Origin: Saprolegnia diclina VS20
Lineage: Eukaryota
Length of the DNA: 41,727 nucleotides
Direction of reading: 5' to 3'
Assembly: GCF_000281045.1 (NCBI RefSeq)
Contig: NW_008246149.1
Location: 1-41,727, forward strand
This document shows, in pieces, positions 9,473 through 22,849 of the stretch. The first letter of the stretch is position 1; each line of letters starts with the position of its first letter. The position numbers and the translations under genes were made by a program. The notes beneath the pieces are model-generated. The model made no database searches and had not been told where the DNA came from. It saw nothing but the letters and a program-made list of their open reading frames with translations.

Positions 9473-12400
9473 TTAGAGCCACGGAAACCACGTCGGGTAG
9501 ATCTGCGAGAGCGCCTCCGTGTTGGTGGCTGACGCGATGAGCTCTTGGACCGCGGTGGGCGCCGACGGCGTCATTTGGCGCGCGGGTTTCGGTGCGAGCG
9601 CCGCAATGCGGTCGGTGACGACCTTGACGTTGGCGTCGACGCGCTGCTTGACTTGGTTCTCGGCCATCATGCGGCGGTGCGTCTCGGCGTGCGTGTGCTC
9701 GAGGCGGCTCTTGGTCTTGCTCGTATGCCACGAGAGGAGGTCGTCGCGGAAGAAGAGGCTGAGCTGGTTGCTCGTGATCTTCTCGTGGCCGTCGCTGAGC
9801 AGCGCCTGCGCGACCGCCGCGATCGCAATCGTGAACGGCCCCTCGACGCCGTTGGAGGTCAGGAACGCCTGCAAGTTGCGCGTGAGGCGGAAGGGCATGA
9901 CGCAGCTGGCCTCGACAATGCCGCTCGCCGCGTAATTCGGGCGCAACTCGCAGCTGAGGACGCGGCCGGTCGCACGCGAGAAGACCGTCTTGTGCGGCGT
10001 GCGCTCGCCGACGTGCAGAATGTGCGTCAGGAACGACGTGAGCGCCAAGTGCGCCGTAAACACCGACCGAAACTGGAAGAGGTCGTCGTAGTGGGGCACG
10101 GTCCGGTGCAGATACTTGGCCAAAAGGTGCTCCGACACGTGCTGGTCGCAAATCTCGTTGTAAATCGCGAGCTTCATCTACGAGTGGAGATGTCATCGTG
10201 AGACATCCCATGCGATATGTCATGCCACGTACGTTGGCCATGTTTTCTTCCACTTGGCTGATCTTGCGGCGGTAGAGCTCGACGGGAAAGTCCGGGTCCT
10301 TCTTCTGCAGCGCACACTCGAGCTCGTAGACCTAGCATATATGGTACATGAGAATCAGGTGGCATCACGATGGGTACGAGTACCTCGCCCAGCGACACGT
10401 GGTCGACATTGTCTTCCATCAAGCGGACGCGCGGCGTGAGCGGGATGACCTTGGGGATGTGAAACACGAGGTGGCGCTGCTTGGTTTCCTTGTGCCGCAG
10501 CAAGAGCCGGTTCATGAGCAAGTGCATCTGCATCATGCGCTCGTCGCAGCGCGTAATGTACGTCATCGCATACTGCACCAAGAACGAGTAGTGCTTGCCG
10601 TTGTTGCCGCCGAGCGTCACGCGCCGCTGCGTGTACCCGTTGCGCAGCAGCACGTCGGTAGTCGAGTCGAAGTACGCAAGCCGCGCGTGGAGCTCCTTGA
10701 TGGGCTCGGCGTTGGTGAGGTACTGCCCCGGAATCTCGACCGCGGTTTGCCGCAGCTCGGCGAGGTGCCGGCTGCTGTGCTCGAGGAACACCTTGTCGGC
10801 GTTGCGCTTGCCGTACCGCTTGACGCGCAGCTGCAAGAGGTGTTTCCACAGCTTGAGGCGGTCCATGACGTCCGAGAGCGTGCTCGTCGCGCCGTCGACG
10901 TCCTTGGTCTCGTCGTCGTCGACGTCGGGCAGCATAAAGTTGGTTTCGAACGGGCCCTTGAACTCTGCCACGAACGCGAGGTGCTTCTCGCTCTTTTGGT
11001 GCGGCTGCAGAATGAAGAATTTGTTGCAGACGCGGCTGAGCGTGTCGCGGAGCATCTTGGGCACGGCCTCGTGCTTGGCAAAGCTCGGCAGCTGGTAGCA
11101 CTTGAGCAAGAGTGCGTGCACGGCCGTCAAGAGCTCCTCCTCGGGCTCGGGGCGGAAGCGGACAATCATCTCTTCGAGGACGCACTCCATCTCGAACGCG
11201 AGCCCGTCGTGCGACCGCCGGAGAAAGTTGAGCAGATCTTCCGTGTACTGGAGCGGACTCACGTCCGCCTTGAGCAGCTCGCCGCCCGCGACCTTTTCGA
11301 GCCACGCGTCGAGCGTCAGCACGGGCGTCGCGGGACCAAAGAAGGACGGCGTCGCCCGGCTCGCGCCGACAAGGCCCGGGATCTCGGCCACGTGTTCGTG
11401 CGCCATAGGCACAGCGACCACATGACCCGATTTCGTGCGAAAGTACACCACGTCGCCGGTACTGGCGTTGAAGCCCGTTGCTTTCGGGGTCGTGGCGGTC
11501 GAAGCGAGCGGCGTTGGCGGCGCTGAAGCCAGCAGCTTGTCCTTGTCCATCGAGAGGAGCTCGCGGTTTTCGAGAAAGAACGCGCGCATCGTGTAGTACA
11601 GCGCTTGCGGAAACTTGGCCGAGAGCCCGCGCAAGAGATTGCGAATCTAGTCGATTTGGTTTTCAGCGCCACAGACAATAGAGAGCAAACTATTCATACC
11701 TGCGGCGCTTCGGGCCGGCAGAGCGACATGAGCAGCTGCGGGATCCACACGATCCAGATCCAGATCGGAAGCTGCTTGCCGTGGGCCTCAAACGCTTGAA
11801 TGAGCACGCCTTTTTCGTTGTCCATGCTGAGCAGCCAGAGCACGCGCGCGAGGTACAAACGCGCCGAGGATGACCGGTGGTGCACGGCCTGGAGGTAGCA
11901 CGCAATCGTCTGCGCGGCAAAGTCGAGGTCCTTGCGCTCCGTGAAGAGCGCGTCGCAATATTGGCCCCAGCTCAGCCAGCCCTTGCCGTAGCTGTCGCAG
12001 AGCTGCAGACTGTGCGAGAAGGCCATGTTGGCGTCGCTCTTATCGCCGAGCGCGTCGAGAAAGAGACCTTTGAGCCGGAAGAGCTCGGCTTTTTGGCGCG
12101 CGTCGAAGTAGTCCAGGTTGGTGTTGTTGAGGAGACTCAACCCGCCCTTAAACTCCTTGGTCGTCTCGTAGCAAATGCTCACTTGCTCGCGCAGCTTGGA
12201 GAACGCGTCCTGGACGTCCATGGCCGGAATCGTATAGAGCGTCGAGAGCGCATGCAAACACACGTCGGGCAGCTGCTGCTTGCGCGCCGTGTGCGCCATC
12301 TTGACGATCGACCACGGCGAGTCATGCAAACACGCGAGCAGCTGCGCGTCGCTCCAGCTGAACGTCGTCTTGATGACGGCAAACATGTGGGACCGCCACG

Positions 12401-15400
12401 TGAGAATGTCGTCCCAGAGCAAAATCGGTTCGTGCTTGTTGGGCAGCCGCTCACGCCACGTATTGATGCTCGGCTTGAGGTTCGGGAGCGTGTGCGCGGC
12501 GCTCGCCGCCTTGATCTCGGCCATCATCGCGATCGACTCCTTGGCTTCGACAAACTGCTGAAAGAGGTGCAGCAGCGGAATGTGCGCGTTCGAGAGGAGC
12601 CGGGGCAGACCTTGCCACTGGTGCAACGCCATGTCGACCATCTGCGAACTCAAACTGTCCATCTGCGGCTTCTTGTCGCCGTCGAGGATCGCAATGTAGA
12701 GCTTCTTGAGCCGCACGGACGGCGACCCGGCCTCGGACGCAGCCTGGATCGACGACGCATGCAAGAGTTGCTTGGCGGTCGTCCAGTCGCCGCGCTTCCA
12801 GCAGCAGTCGAGCAAGAGCTCTTGGTTCTGCGTCGCCTTGGCAAAGTCGTGCAGCAGCGGCCATTGGCAGAGGTGGTTGACGCAGCTCACCCACTGCGTC
12901 TCGAGCACCTTGAGCTCAAACGCACTCGACTCGATCTTGAGCTGCTTCGACGTCTGCGACAGCGCCTGAAAATACACGTCCTGGGCCTCGTGCAAATAGC
13001 CTTGCGCCTGCAAATGCAGCGCCATGCGCGTCTCGGGCTTGATGCACGCCTGCACGTTGAGACCGACCTGCCAGTCGAGCTCGTGCAGCTCCGCGTAGAT
13101 GCCGTGGAGCACATCGACCCAGCGCTCGCGGTCTTCAAGCAGCGTCGTCGGACTCAATACCATGTACTCGGCGATGCGGCACACCTGGCCCCACACGTTG
13201 TACGTGTTCGCAAGGTATAAGAGCAGCTCGGCCGTAAACACGGGCATCGGGTACGCCAGAGCAATGCCATCCATGAGCGTCTGCACCACGTTGTGGCGCC
13301 GCGCGGTCGCCAGCGGCAGTCGGAGCTCGCGCCGATGGTAGCGCATCGAGAGCAGCCGCAAGAGGTTCTGCGTCGGGCCCATGAGGTCCATCGGGTTGAG
13401 AAGCGTCCACGCCTGCGGAAACACCGACGCCCACAGCGCGTTCGCCATGTCCAAGTCCACATGCACGAGGCTGCAGAGCGGCGAGAGCAAGTCGTTGCTG
13501 CTGCACTCGCGCCAGCTGGCAAGCACCACGAGGTGGTCGGCCCAGAGCGGCATCGCCACAAGCGCTGCGTTGGCCGCGTCGCCCGTGGTCAGCGCCGGCA
13601 GCGGCGCGCCGGTTGTCGCGATCGGCGCTGTCACCGAGACGCTCGTCAAGAGCAACTTGACCGCGACGACGGGCCAGAACCGGGTACCGCACGCCTGCCA
13701 GTCGTGCTCGAGGATGTACTTGAGCTTGGACGTCGTCGAGTCGCCACTGGCCTTGGCAAAGTGCGCAAAGAACTGCCGCCGGAGCGCCACGTCGCTCGCG
13801 AGAAGGCCCGTCGTCGCCGCGCCGTGGACGCTGGCGTACAGCGGGTTCGTATCGGACGTCGCGCAGATGCTGAGCACGAGGTCGTGGTACTCGGCCAAGA
13901 GCGGCTGCGCCGAGATCTCGTGGAGGCGGTCAAATGTCGCCATCTTACTCAAGAGCGCGACCTTGTCCTTGATCGTAAACACCGACGACGCGTCGTCCTT
14001 GACCATCTTGGCCACGATTTTGGTGATGCTCAAGAGCAGCGGAATGTGGCTCGAGTGCTCGAGGCAGTGCGACATGAGGTGCACAAACATGCGCGCGAGC
14101 TCGCTCGACTCGAACGTGCACAGCGCGAGGAGCTTGAAGCACGAAATGAGCATGTCCATGTACACCTTCCGGCCCGCAATTGTCGACGCAGGGACGCCGA
14201 TCGGGCGCTTCGACTTGGGCAAGACCGGCGTCGCCTTTGTAGATTTCGCATCTTTCGGGCTATTGACGGCCGCCGCTGCCTTCTTCTTCTTCGCAGCGTT
14301 CCCACCCGCTTCGTCCTTGGTCTTCTTGGTCCGCACCGTGTTGTTGACCGTCAGCGACGACCGACCGGTCGCGAGCTGCGCGTACTCGTGCGCAATCGCG
14401 AGGCTCGGCGTCGCCATGACGCGGTCCTTTGCATGCGCGCCCGCCGAGACACCGACGTCCGTCCCGCCGATCGAGCCTTCGAGCGAAGACGCCGGCTTGG
14501 CGATCGAAACGACGTGCTGCAGATGCTCCTTTGTGAGGCGCTGCGCAAGCTTGATGAGCGACGGTGCAAACAAATCGATGAACTTTGTCGACGCCGGCGC
14601 CAACTCACTGAGGAGCTTGAGCATGTACGCGCCGGGACTGCTCAGCCGCGCCGACGCGGCCGATGCGCTTGGCGAGTTGGCAAACAGCTGCCGCATGCGC
14701 GCGGCTTCATGGTTGATCATCGGGTTGAGCGCGCTCTGACTCGACGTCGCCGGCGACGACAAGAGCGCCGCGTCCGGCGTCGGCGGCTTGGCCTTGCTCG
14801 TGCTCGGGCTGCTGATATTCGTCGTTGGCGTCGACAGCGGCGCGTCACTCGGCACGGCCGCGGCCTTGAGCAAGCGTTCGTTCAAAATATCCCGCAGCCA
14901 CGTGTAAAATTTACACGCGACGAGCTGCGGCGGCGCCTTCTCTGGCGGGTACAACTAGAGGCCCATCATCAGGGCTCCGAGCAACACAAAGAACTATGTA
15001 CCTCGATCATATGCTTGAGGTACTGCGTCAGTTGATGCTGCACGTCGTTGTGCTGGCGGTCAAAGCACGGCTCGAGCAGCTTCATGATGCGCGGCGCGTA
15101 CTGCACCACGTACGGGACCGGTCGGTTCGACTGCGCGATGACCTGCGGCGAGATGAGCGTGTTCAAAATGCCCAGAACCGCGTTCAGGATCGCGAGCGAC
15201 GCCAGCGGCGCCGACTTGTGCACGCTCAGAAACGACGGCATCGACGTTGCCGGCGCGTCCGATGGCGGCGGCGCCTTTGCGTGCAGAATGATCACCTCGG
15301 CCGTCACCGCAATGAGCTTGTCAAAGTACGAGAACCGGATCGACGCCGACGGCCAGAGGTGCAGCGCGCGGTGAAAGAGCTCGCCGCACGTTTTCGAGAG

Positions 15401-18400
15401 CCGGTTCGTCTCTTGCTTGTCGGCGCACGCGAGTGCAAAGCGGAATGCAAAGTTGACGATGAGGTCCGTCATGGCGCCCGTGAGCTCAAAGTCGTCTTCG
15501 TTCAAGAGCACGGCTTCGGCTTCGGTCGTCGTCTCGGTCGGCGCGCCCGGCACAAACGTCTCGCCCACCTTTTGACGCTTGTCACTGCTGCCGTCACTCG
15601 TAGCCGCCTCCGCGTCGGACGCCGCGCGTTTTTTCGACGCCGGCGCCTTGTCCGAGACGCGCTGGCGCCGCGTGAGCTCCCACGCAATCACCAGGTCGAC
15701 GACCGAGACCGCGAGCCGCCGGTTGTCCTGCGTGCTGCTCGGCGGAATCGCGAGCCGGTTGAGTGAGTTGACCATCAGCGGGATAAACTGCCCGCGGAAC
15801 GGGTAAAAGAGCGACGGCTGGCGCACGACGAGGTACCAAATGTGCACCAACTGCTGCAAAATGTGCCCTTCTTCGAACGCAATCTTCTTGGTCCACTTGA
15901 TCGCCTTGATAAACTCGTGGGGCGGGAGCCGCGTCGGCAGCGCCGGCAGCAAAATGTCAAACGCTTTGCGCACGAGGAAGCGCGAGTCGAGCTCGTACGT
16001 CCGGAGGAGCGCCACGTACACTTGCAGCACAATCTTCGGCGGCGTGTCGTACACGGAAATGAACCGACACACGTTCACGTAGGCCCAGAGCTTGGACGTG
16101 AGGTCTTGTGCTTTGAGATGGTTCCACGCAAACTTGATCACTTCTTTTCGGTGGTCCGTCACGTACCGGCTCATGTGCTGGATCAATAGCGTGCCGAGCT
16201 TGAGCAGCTCGATGCGCAGCGCCTGGAACGTGTCTTGCGGGTAGTCCTTGCTCGCGAGGATCTCCCGGAGCATGAGCATGACAGCGTCCGGGTCCATCAC
16301 GTCGGCGTTGTTCGTGTTCGGGTCGTCAAACGACGTGTGCAGTAGCGGCATGATGAGCAGCTGGATCGCATGCACCTTGAGCTCTTCGGTCGCGGCTTGG
16401 TCGCGCAGCATGCCGAGGAAGAGGTGAACAATCGCGCGTTTGTGGGACGGTGCGTACTTCGCGGCCACTTCGTCGCGGTAGAACGCTCGGAGAAACGTAA
16501 AGTCAAACGACGTCGGATGCAAAAACACGGGCAGCAGATCCAAGAGCACTTGCACGTCGTCGGGCTTGGCGCGACAGTACTGGATGAGCACCTTGACGAG
16601 CAGCTTCGACTCGAGATGGTACCGGATCGGCAGTCGGTCTTGTGCCTGGAGCCGCTGGACGCGCGTCGGCGACTTCCACAGCTTTTGAATGCACTCGACC
16701 ATCCCGTTGGACGCGGATGCGAGCCAGTGCGGCTCAAGCTTGCACAGCGAGCGCACGAGCCGGAGGCCTTGGTAGTGCAATTCGAGGGCTTCGAGCTGCG
16801 GCTTGGTCGCGTACTGCGCACTGACGCTGCTTGGCACGGGGCTGCTCATGCTGCTGCTCGGCGAGACGAGCGCGGGCGACGCCGAGAGCTGCCGCGCCAT
16901 CTTGGCCTGCGCCTGCTGCTTGGCCACCTGCACGTACTGCGACTGGGCTTGCTTGGCGCGCTCCTGCGCGTCCGCGAGCTTGAGCCCTTGGGCCTTGGCC
17001 GTCGCGAGGGCTTGTGCGTGCACCTTTTGCGCGTTCACTTGGATCTGCGCCTGGAGCTGCGCCTGCTGCGTCGTCATCGCGCTCGGCAGACTCATTGGCA
17101 TGGGCGGCATCTGCAAATGCTTGGCAATGTAGTCCTTCATCACCTGCTGCGCGCGCGCCTGCGCCTGGACGAGCGAGAGACCTTGGGCCTGCGCCGCCGC
17201 GAGCGTCTGCGCATGGAGCTTCTGTGCCGTCGCCTGGATCTGCACCTGCGTCGGGCTCTTCATCACGGGCGCGGCCTTCGCGAGAAACGCGGCGCGAGCC
17301 AATTTTCCTTTTTGCTCGGCCGCCGACGCCGAGAGGCCTTGGGCGTTCGCCGCCGCAATCGCTTGCGACGCTGCTTTGGCCGCCTGCACCTGAATCTGCG
17401 CCTGGAGCTTGACGTCGTCGTCGACTTCTGGGGCGGGCGACGGCACCGGCGACTTGAGCGCGTGGGCAAACGTGGCAGCGATGATCGCGTCCGTGCCCGC
17501 GTCCGACGTCAAAACCGCGCGCAGTGGCGATGCCATTGGGAGCTTGACGAGCTGCTGGAAGAGCGCCGAGTACGTCGACTCGACGAGCCGGTCGCGCGTC
17601 AAGAAGAACGTGACCGCCTGCGCCGCGTACCGGTTTAAGAAGCGCACCAACGGCACACGGTACGGCGAGCTGAGCTTCCCAAAGCTGCCATACTTGGGCA
17701 AGACGCCCTCGAGCTCCACAACGCACGAAACAAGCGGCTCTAGGAACGTGTCGGACGGCGGCAGCAAATGAAACAAGTCGACGATCGCCGCTGCCACGTT
17801 GGGCTCGTCACCGCGCTTCCAGATGCCCGCCTTGATGATGCGGTCGGGGTCGCGCCACTGCCGGAGGTGCTCGAGGAGCTTCTCACCGAGCGTAACGTTG
17901 AAGCAGCTGCTCAGGAGACCGAGGAGGCGCCCGAGACCTTCCAGCAGCGGGATCGTGAGCTTGCGGTAGTCGGCGAGGTTCAAAAGCACCGGGCGAAGGC
18001 ACTGCTGAAGCAGCTCTTTCGGTAGCGACCGCTCGTTCGTGCGCTTGTTCATCAAGATGACATCCGTGAGGGCTTGCTGCGCCACGTCGAGCAGCGCTGT
18101 CGGCTGGCCCGTGAGGTACTTGAAGAAGACACCTACAAACCGATTCCGCGCGTCCTGGTGCTGCGTGAGGAGGTCGTCGTTCACGAACGCCGCGCGCAGG
18201 AGCTGAATCGCTGCGATGCGCAGCTGGCACATTTGCGAGAGCCCGAACGGGTACTCGGAGCCGCTCAAGTTTTCGCTTAGCGTCGGGAGCGTCGACGCCG
18301 GCGACGACGCTTCGGACGTTGGCGACGACGACCCCGACCCGTCTTCCGAGACAAGACTCCAGACTTCTTGGAGAAAGATGAGCAGGTCCTTGTTGAGCGA

Positions 18401-21400
18401 GAAGAGCGGCGGCGAGAGCGAGAGGCAGTACGCCATGCCATCAATGTACCCGGACCGCGTCCCGAGCGGCAAGAGGCGCAGACTTGTGCCCATGATCTGC
18501 TTGGCGAGCACGAGCTGGTACGGCCGGAGCAGCGCCGAGACCGAGCCGCCCGTGCACGTGGCAAACACGTCGACCGCATCTTTTGCAAACTTGCGCACCG
18601 ACGCGCTCGAGCTCAAGAGCTCCGAGACGAGAAGCAAGAACACCTCCGTGTTGTAGTCCGAGAGCATGGCCACGGGCGCCGCGCCAAGCGAACCGCCGAG
18701 GTCCAACGGCGTTGTCTCTTCGATGAGGTCGTCGAGCATGTCAATGTCGTCCAGCTTGGGCACAAACGGCGCGTGGCACTTGTGCAGCAGTGCGAGGAAC
18801 GTCGCGCCAGCCTCTTCGCTGACACCGGCCGTCACTTCGGACGGGTGGTCGGCGAGGACAAAGAGCAAACTCCGCACGATCCCGAGCTCGTTCTCACGGC
18901 ACCAGTCGACCGAGAGCCGGCCAATGAGCCGACTCAGGCCGCGCGCGCCGCCGAGTTTGTGGCGCCACGAGCTCTTGTCGTAGCACGCGTGCGTGCAAAT
19001 GTCGCAAATGCCGTTGAGAAGCGCACCGCTCTGACCGACGTCGTCCTTGTCGCCGCAGACCGCGTCGACAACGTCGAGCACAATGTCCAGCGCTTTGTAC
19101 CCGACGGCCACCACCTTGTCGTCGGCGTCGGCAAGCACATCAACGAGCACTTCAAAGACGACAAAGGGATCGAGCGCCGCGACCACGTCTTCGTCTAGCA
19201 GCGGCAGCCCATAGTACGCCTCACGGTACGTCTCAATGCGCGCTGTGGTCCCCAGCATGCGCCCTGGCGACAAACCGCGCGGTCCCGGAACAATTGAGGC
19301 TTTCAGCAGTCCTTGCAGCACGTCCGGATTTGGCAGTGTACGCCGCGACCGCGAGAGGACGACGGTTGTTACGTGCACGCAGACGCTACGCAAGAGAGGC
19401 CACGCGTCGCCAGCCAAGTCGACGTCGGCGACGCACTCGCAGAGCGTTCGCAGCACGGTTTTGAGCACGTCTTGCTCGGCGACGACCTTGTCGCGCGACG
19501 GCGTCGGGTAGTTGCAGCTCGCCACGACCCCTTCTTCCAGCTCCTTGGCAATTGTGCTTTTGGCCGCATCGTCCGCGCCGGGGGTCGGTGCCGCCACATG
19601 CGACAGCGTCGCCAGATCGAGTCCGCTCAGCTGCAACTGTGCGGCCAGCGAATGCTTGAGAAAGGCAAAAGCATCCTTCTTTTGGGCCAAGACCGTCGCG
19701 TGGACACGCAAGATCGTGTCGGCTTCGAGCTGCAGCGTTTTTTCGTCCTTCTCGAGCACGAGGTTGGCGCTGCTGTCGTCGTCGTCGGCCGCCGGCGATT
19801 CGATGCGTCCGGTCGGCGCCGGCGCCTCGGGCTTGGTCGACGCCGTGCGCTTGGCGTAGTCCCGGAGCAGCACGCAGACACGCGTGACGTGTACGTCGAG
19901 CGGCAGACTCAGGAAAGCCTCCTTCTCCCAACGCATGCTGAGCACGAGGCCGTCGAGGTTGCTTCGACGGTGCTCGACCAAGAGCACGTCATTCGTAAAC
20001 TGCCGGTTGCGGCCGCCGATTTTGCCGAGAATTCGCATCGCGAGCTCGCCATACGGGTACGGCGGCGGGTGCAGATGCGAGTTGAGCGCTTCAATGATCT
20101 CGGTCAAGAGGCGGTCTTGGGACGTCATGATTGGGTACAAAAAGTCGGGGTTGAGGTTGTCGACCCAGTACTCGAGCGTCCGGAGCCCGAGGTTTGCGAG
20201 CTCGCCTTTCGAGAGCATGGCCGCGACGACCGACTTCATGAGCGACGGCAAGTACTGCAAGAGCGAGCTCAGGCGCGCTGGGATCGTCAAGCAGAGCTCG
20301 AGGAGCACGTCTTGCAGCGCCGGCTTTTGGATGTGCGCCTGGAGCCGCATGAGCGCCGACAACAAACCTGGCAGCAGCGGCAGCACTTCCTTGTAAAAGT
20401 TCTCAAACTTGACGCCCGAGATCGACCGAAACAGCGCCCGCAGCAAGAGCAAGTAGTTGTCCGGTGCGGTCGTGTGCGTCGCCTTGGTCAAGCACGCCAC
20501 AATGATCGTCTTGAGGTGTGGAAACAGCGCCGTCTCGTTGGCCTTGAAGAGCGTGACCGAGCCAAACACAATCTTGAAGAGCCGGAGGACAATCGACGCT
20601 TCGTGCGGCGGCGCCACGGGCCGAAGCCGCTCAAATACGAGGCTCTCCATCGAGCAAATCTTGTCGTGGCGGTCGAGATCCGGCACGTCGCTCGAGCACG
20701 CGACACCGAGCACGTCCATGCGCGTCACGAGGAACGTGAGGAGGATCTCGGCAAACCAGCAGCTCACGTTGGCGTTGGCCAAAAAGTGCTGCGGCACGGT
20801 CAAGATCGCGTGGTCCTGCAGAATGCACTCGTAGAGGAGCTTCATGTTGGAGAGGAAGAGGTCCCGGAAGTCCGACGCGTCGAGGACTGTGAACGCGCCC
20901 GCAAAGTGGTCGAGCATCTGCTTCTCCTCCGAGACCGAGCTCTCCGAGAGCGTGTACAAAATGAAGCAGCGCAGACCGTTCTGCAGCACTTTGGCAATCA
21001 ACGCGCGCTCGTCGTCGGTGAGCGGGTACACGTGCGTCGCATCGACCTCGGATGCCGAGGACGACGCGACGCTACCGGCCGCCGTGTCCATGCTCGTCAG
21101 GTCCTTCGCATGCGGGTTCCGGTAGTTGGCAGTGCACCAAATGACCGCGCGGATACCCAGAATCATCGTGCGGAGGAGCGACTTGACGTCCCGGAGCGTC
21201 GGCTCCTCTTCCGGCAAGCCGACGTACGACTGCTGCATCGTCTCGTACGGCGAGAGGAGGCTCTTGAGCTTGGCGTCGACGTCGGAGAGCACCTCAATCG
21301 GCTTGGGCACGAGGTCCGACATTTTGATCTTGTCCATCGCGCCGCCTTCCAGTGGGTCGCCAAGCTTCTCGCTCGTTGCCGACGTCGACGAGAGCGAGAG

Positions 21401-22849
21401 TACAATTGGCAGCTGGTGCAACGTCGTGCCAAACTTGGTTGCGATCGTGAGCAGGATGCGTGAGAGAATGTTGCGGCCGCGCCAGCCGTCCGCGTCTTCA
21501 TTCTTGGCGCTAATGTCGACGAGGTTGAGGAGAAGCCGGATCGCGGTCGTCTGGATCGGCACGGGCAGCGTCGGGTCATGGATGCGCTTGCCGTAAAACG
21601 CCACAATCTTGCTCACTTGGGGCAGCGTGAGCATGTCGCGGACGTGGTGCACCATGTCGGCGAGCGTCGAGTACGCCAACGGCCGAATCTGGTAGTACGC
21701 GCAGCGTCCTTTCCCGATCAGCACGTCGTCGTCGAGGAGGAGCTCGAGCTGACCGTAAAAACCCCGGCGAAAATCCGTCGAGAGGATGTGGCGCGCGGCG
21801 ACAAACACGTCTTTTCGGAGGACGAACGCGTCTTTCGGGCACGCCATGAGCAATTTTACCGTGTTTTCGCAGATGCTGTCCTGGAAGGGCCGCATGAGCA
21901 GCGCAAAGCCGCGCAATAAATACGTCACAAACGAAAGCGTCTTGACTTGGCAGTCGAGAAAGTCGACGTACTTGGACGGGTACAACTTGGGCGCGAGCTC
22001 CGGACAGCGCAGCGACAAGGTCGACATCATGAGCGGCACGAGGATCGGGATGTAGTTCTCAATGTAGTTGGGGTAGCACTGGAAGAGCAGCATGATGATC
22101 AGAGGAAACTCGGCCATGGTCTTGAACGACTCGCTGCCTTGGCACAAGACGACGACGACGTCGCTGTTACTGTCGTGGGCCGTGCTCGTCGACGGTGCGG
22201 TCGTCGTCGGCGTGGCGCTACTGCCCGACTCGTCGTCCTTGGTCTCCTCCGTGTCGTCGGCACCCATCGGATCGTCCTTGGTCGCGCTTGTCGCGTCGGT
22301 GACGGCCAGCTTGGTCGTCTCGATAATCGATGGTGTCGTCGCCGGTGGCGTGGTCCCGATCGGCGCCAACGGCGGCTCCGGTGGGCCCGAGAACTGCTTC
22401 TTCATGATGAGCTGAATGTTCTTGTACATCTTCTGGCTCTGCTCCAGGAACGGTTGTACTTCATTCTTGAGGCCTGGCCGGTAATTGCGGTGCAAGTCAA
22501 AGATGGTCTTGAGCGCAATGAGGCAGTTGTCGACGTTGTCGACCGTGAGCACCTCCATGAGCAGATGCAAGAGGCGACTCGCGTACGGCTTGAGCGCTTC
22601 GTTGTACGGCAGTCGGTTCAGGATCTGCAGCGTGAGCTTCCGACACTTGTTCTTGTCGTTGTTGGTAAACTGCGGCGGGACCTGCGTGCGCAGCATCATC
22701 TGGAAGACCGGGAAGAGCGCTTCGAGGATCCGCGGCAGCTGCGGCGTGAGGAAGACGTCCGCGTGCTTGTAGAGCTCCGAGAGCTCCTTCAGCCGCGCGC
22801 CCACGTCGAGGCTCAGGAGGCCCCGGCGGATGGTCTCGAGGTTGTTCAT
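9473..22849 (-). CDS. TRRAP: Transformation/transcription domain-associated protein (TRRAP/Tra1), a PIKK-family pseudokinase scaffold of SAGA/NuA4; 5 exons, ~4390 aa
   Basis: Exons 22849-15002, 14954-11700, 11646-10384, 10331-10233 and 10177-9473 join in frame across GT-AG introns of 47-55 nt. Tra1 motifs include RPLAYSTLADMVHHVR, GLRTLEYWVDNLNPDFL, RILGKIGGRNR, the FAT region WRERLPN...WDDILTWR, a kinase-like domain lacking catalytic DRH/DFG (VGERTPHK, PFRLTRN) and the FATC end IYPTWFPWL*. Confidence 0.96.

Noticed and set aside
9473..22849. Three or four separate large genes suggested by the ORF track
   Set aside because: Short GT-AG introns join them in frame into one TRRAP. The missing kinase catalytic residues are normal for TRRAP and do not indicate decay.
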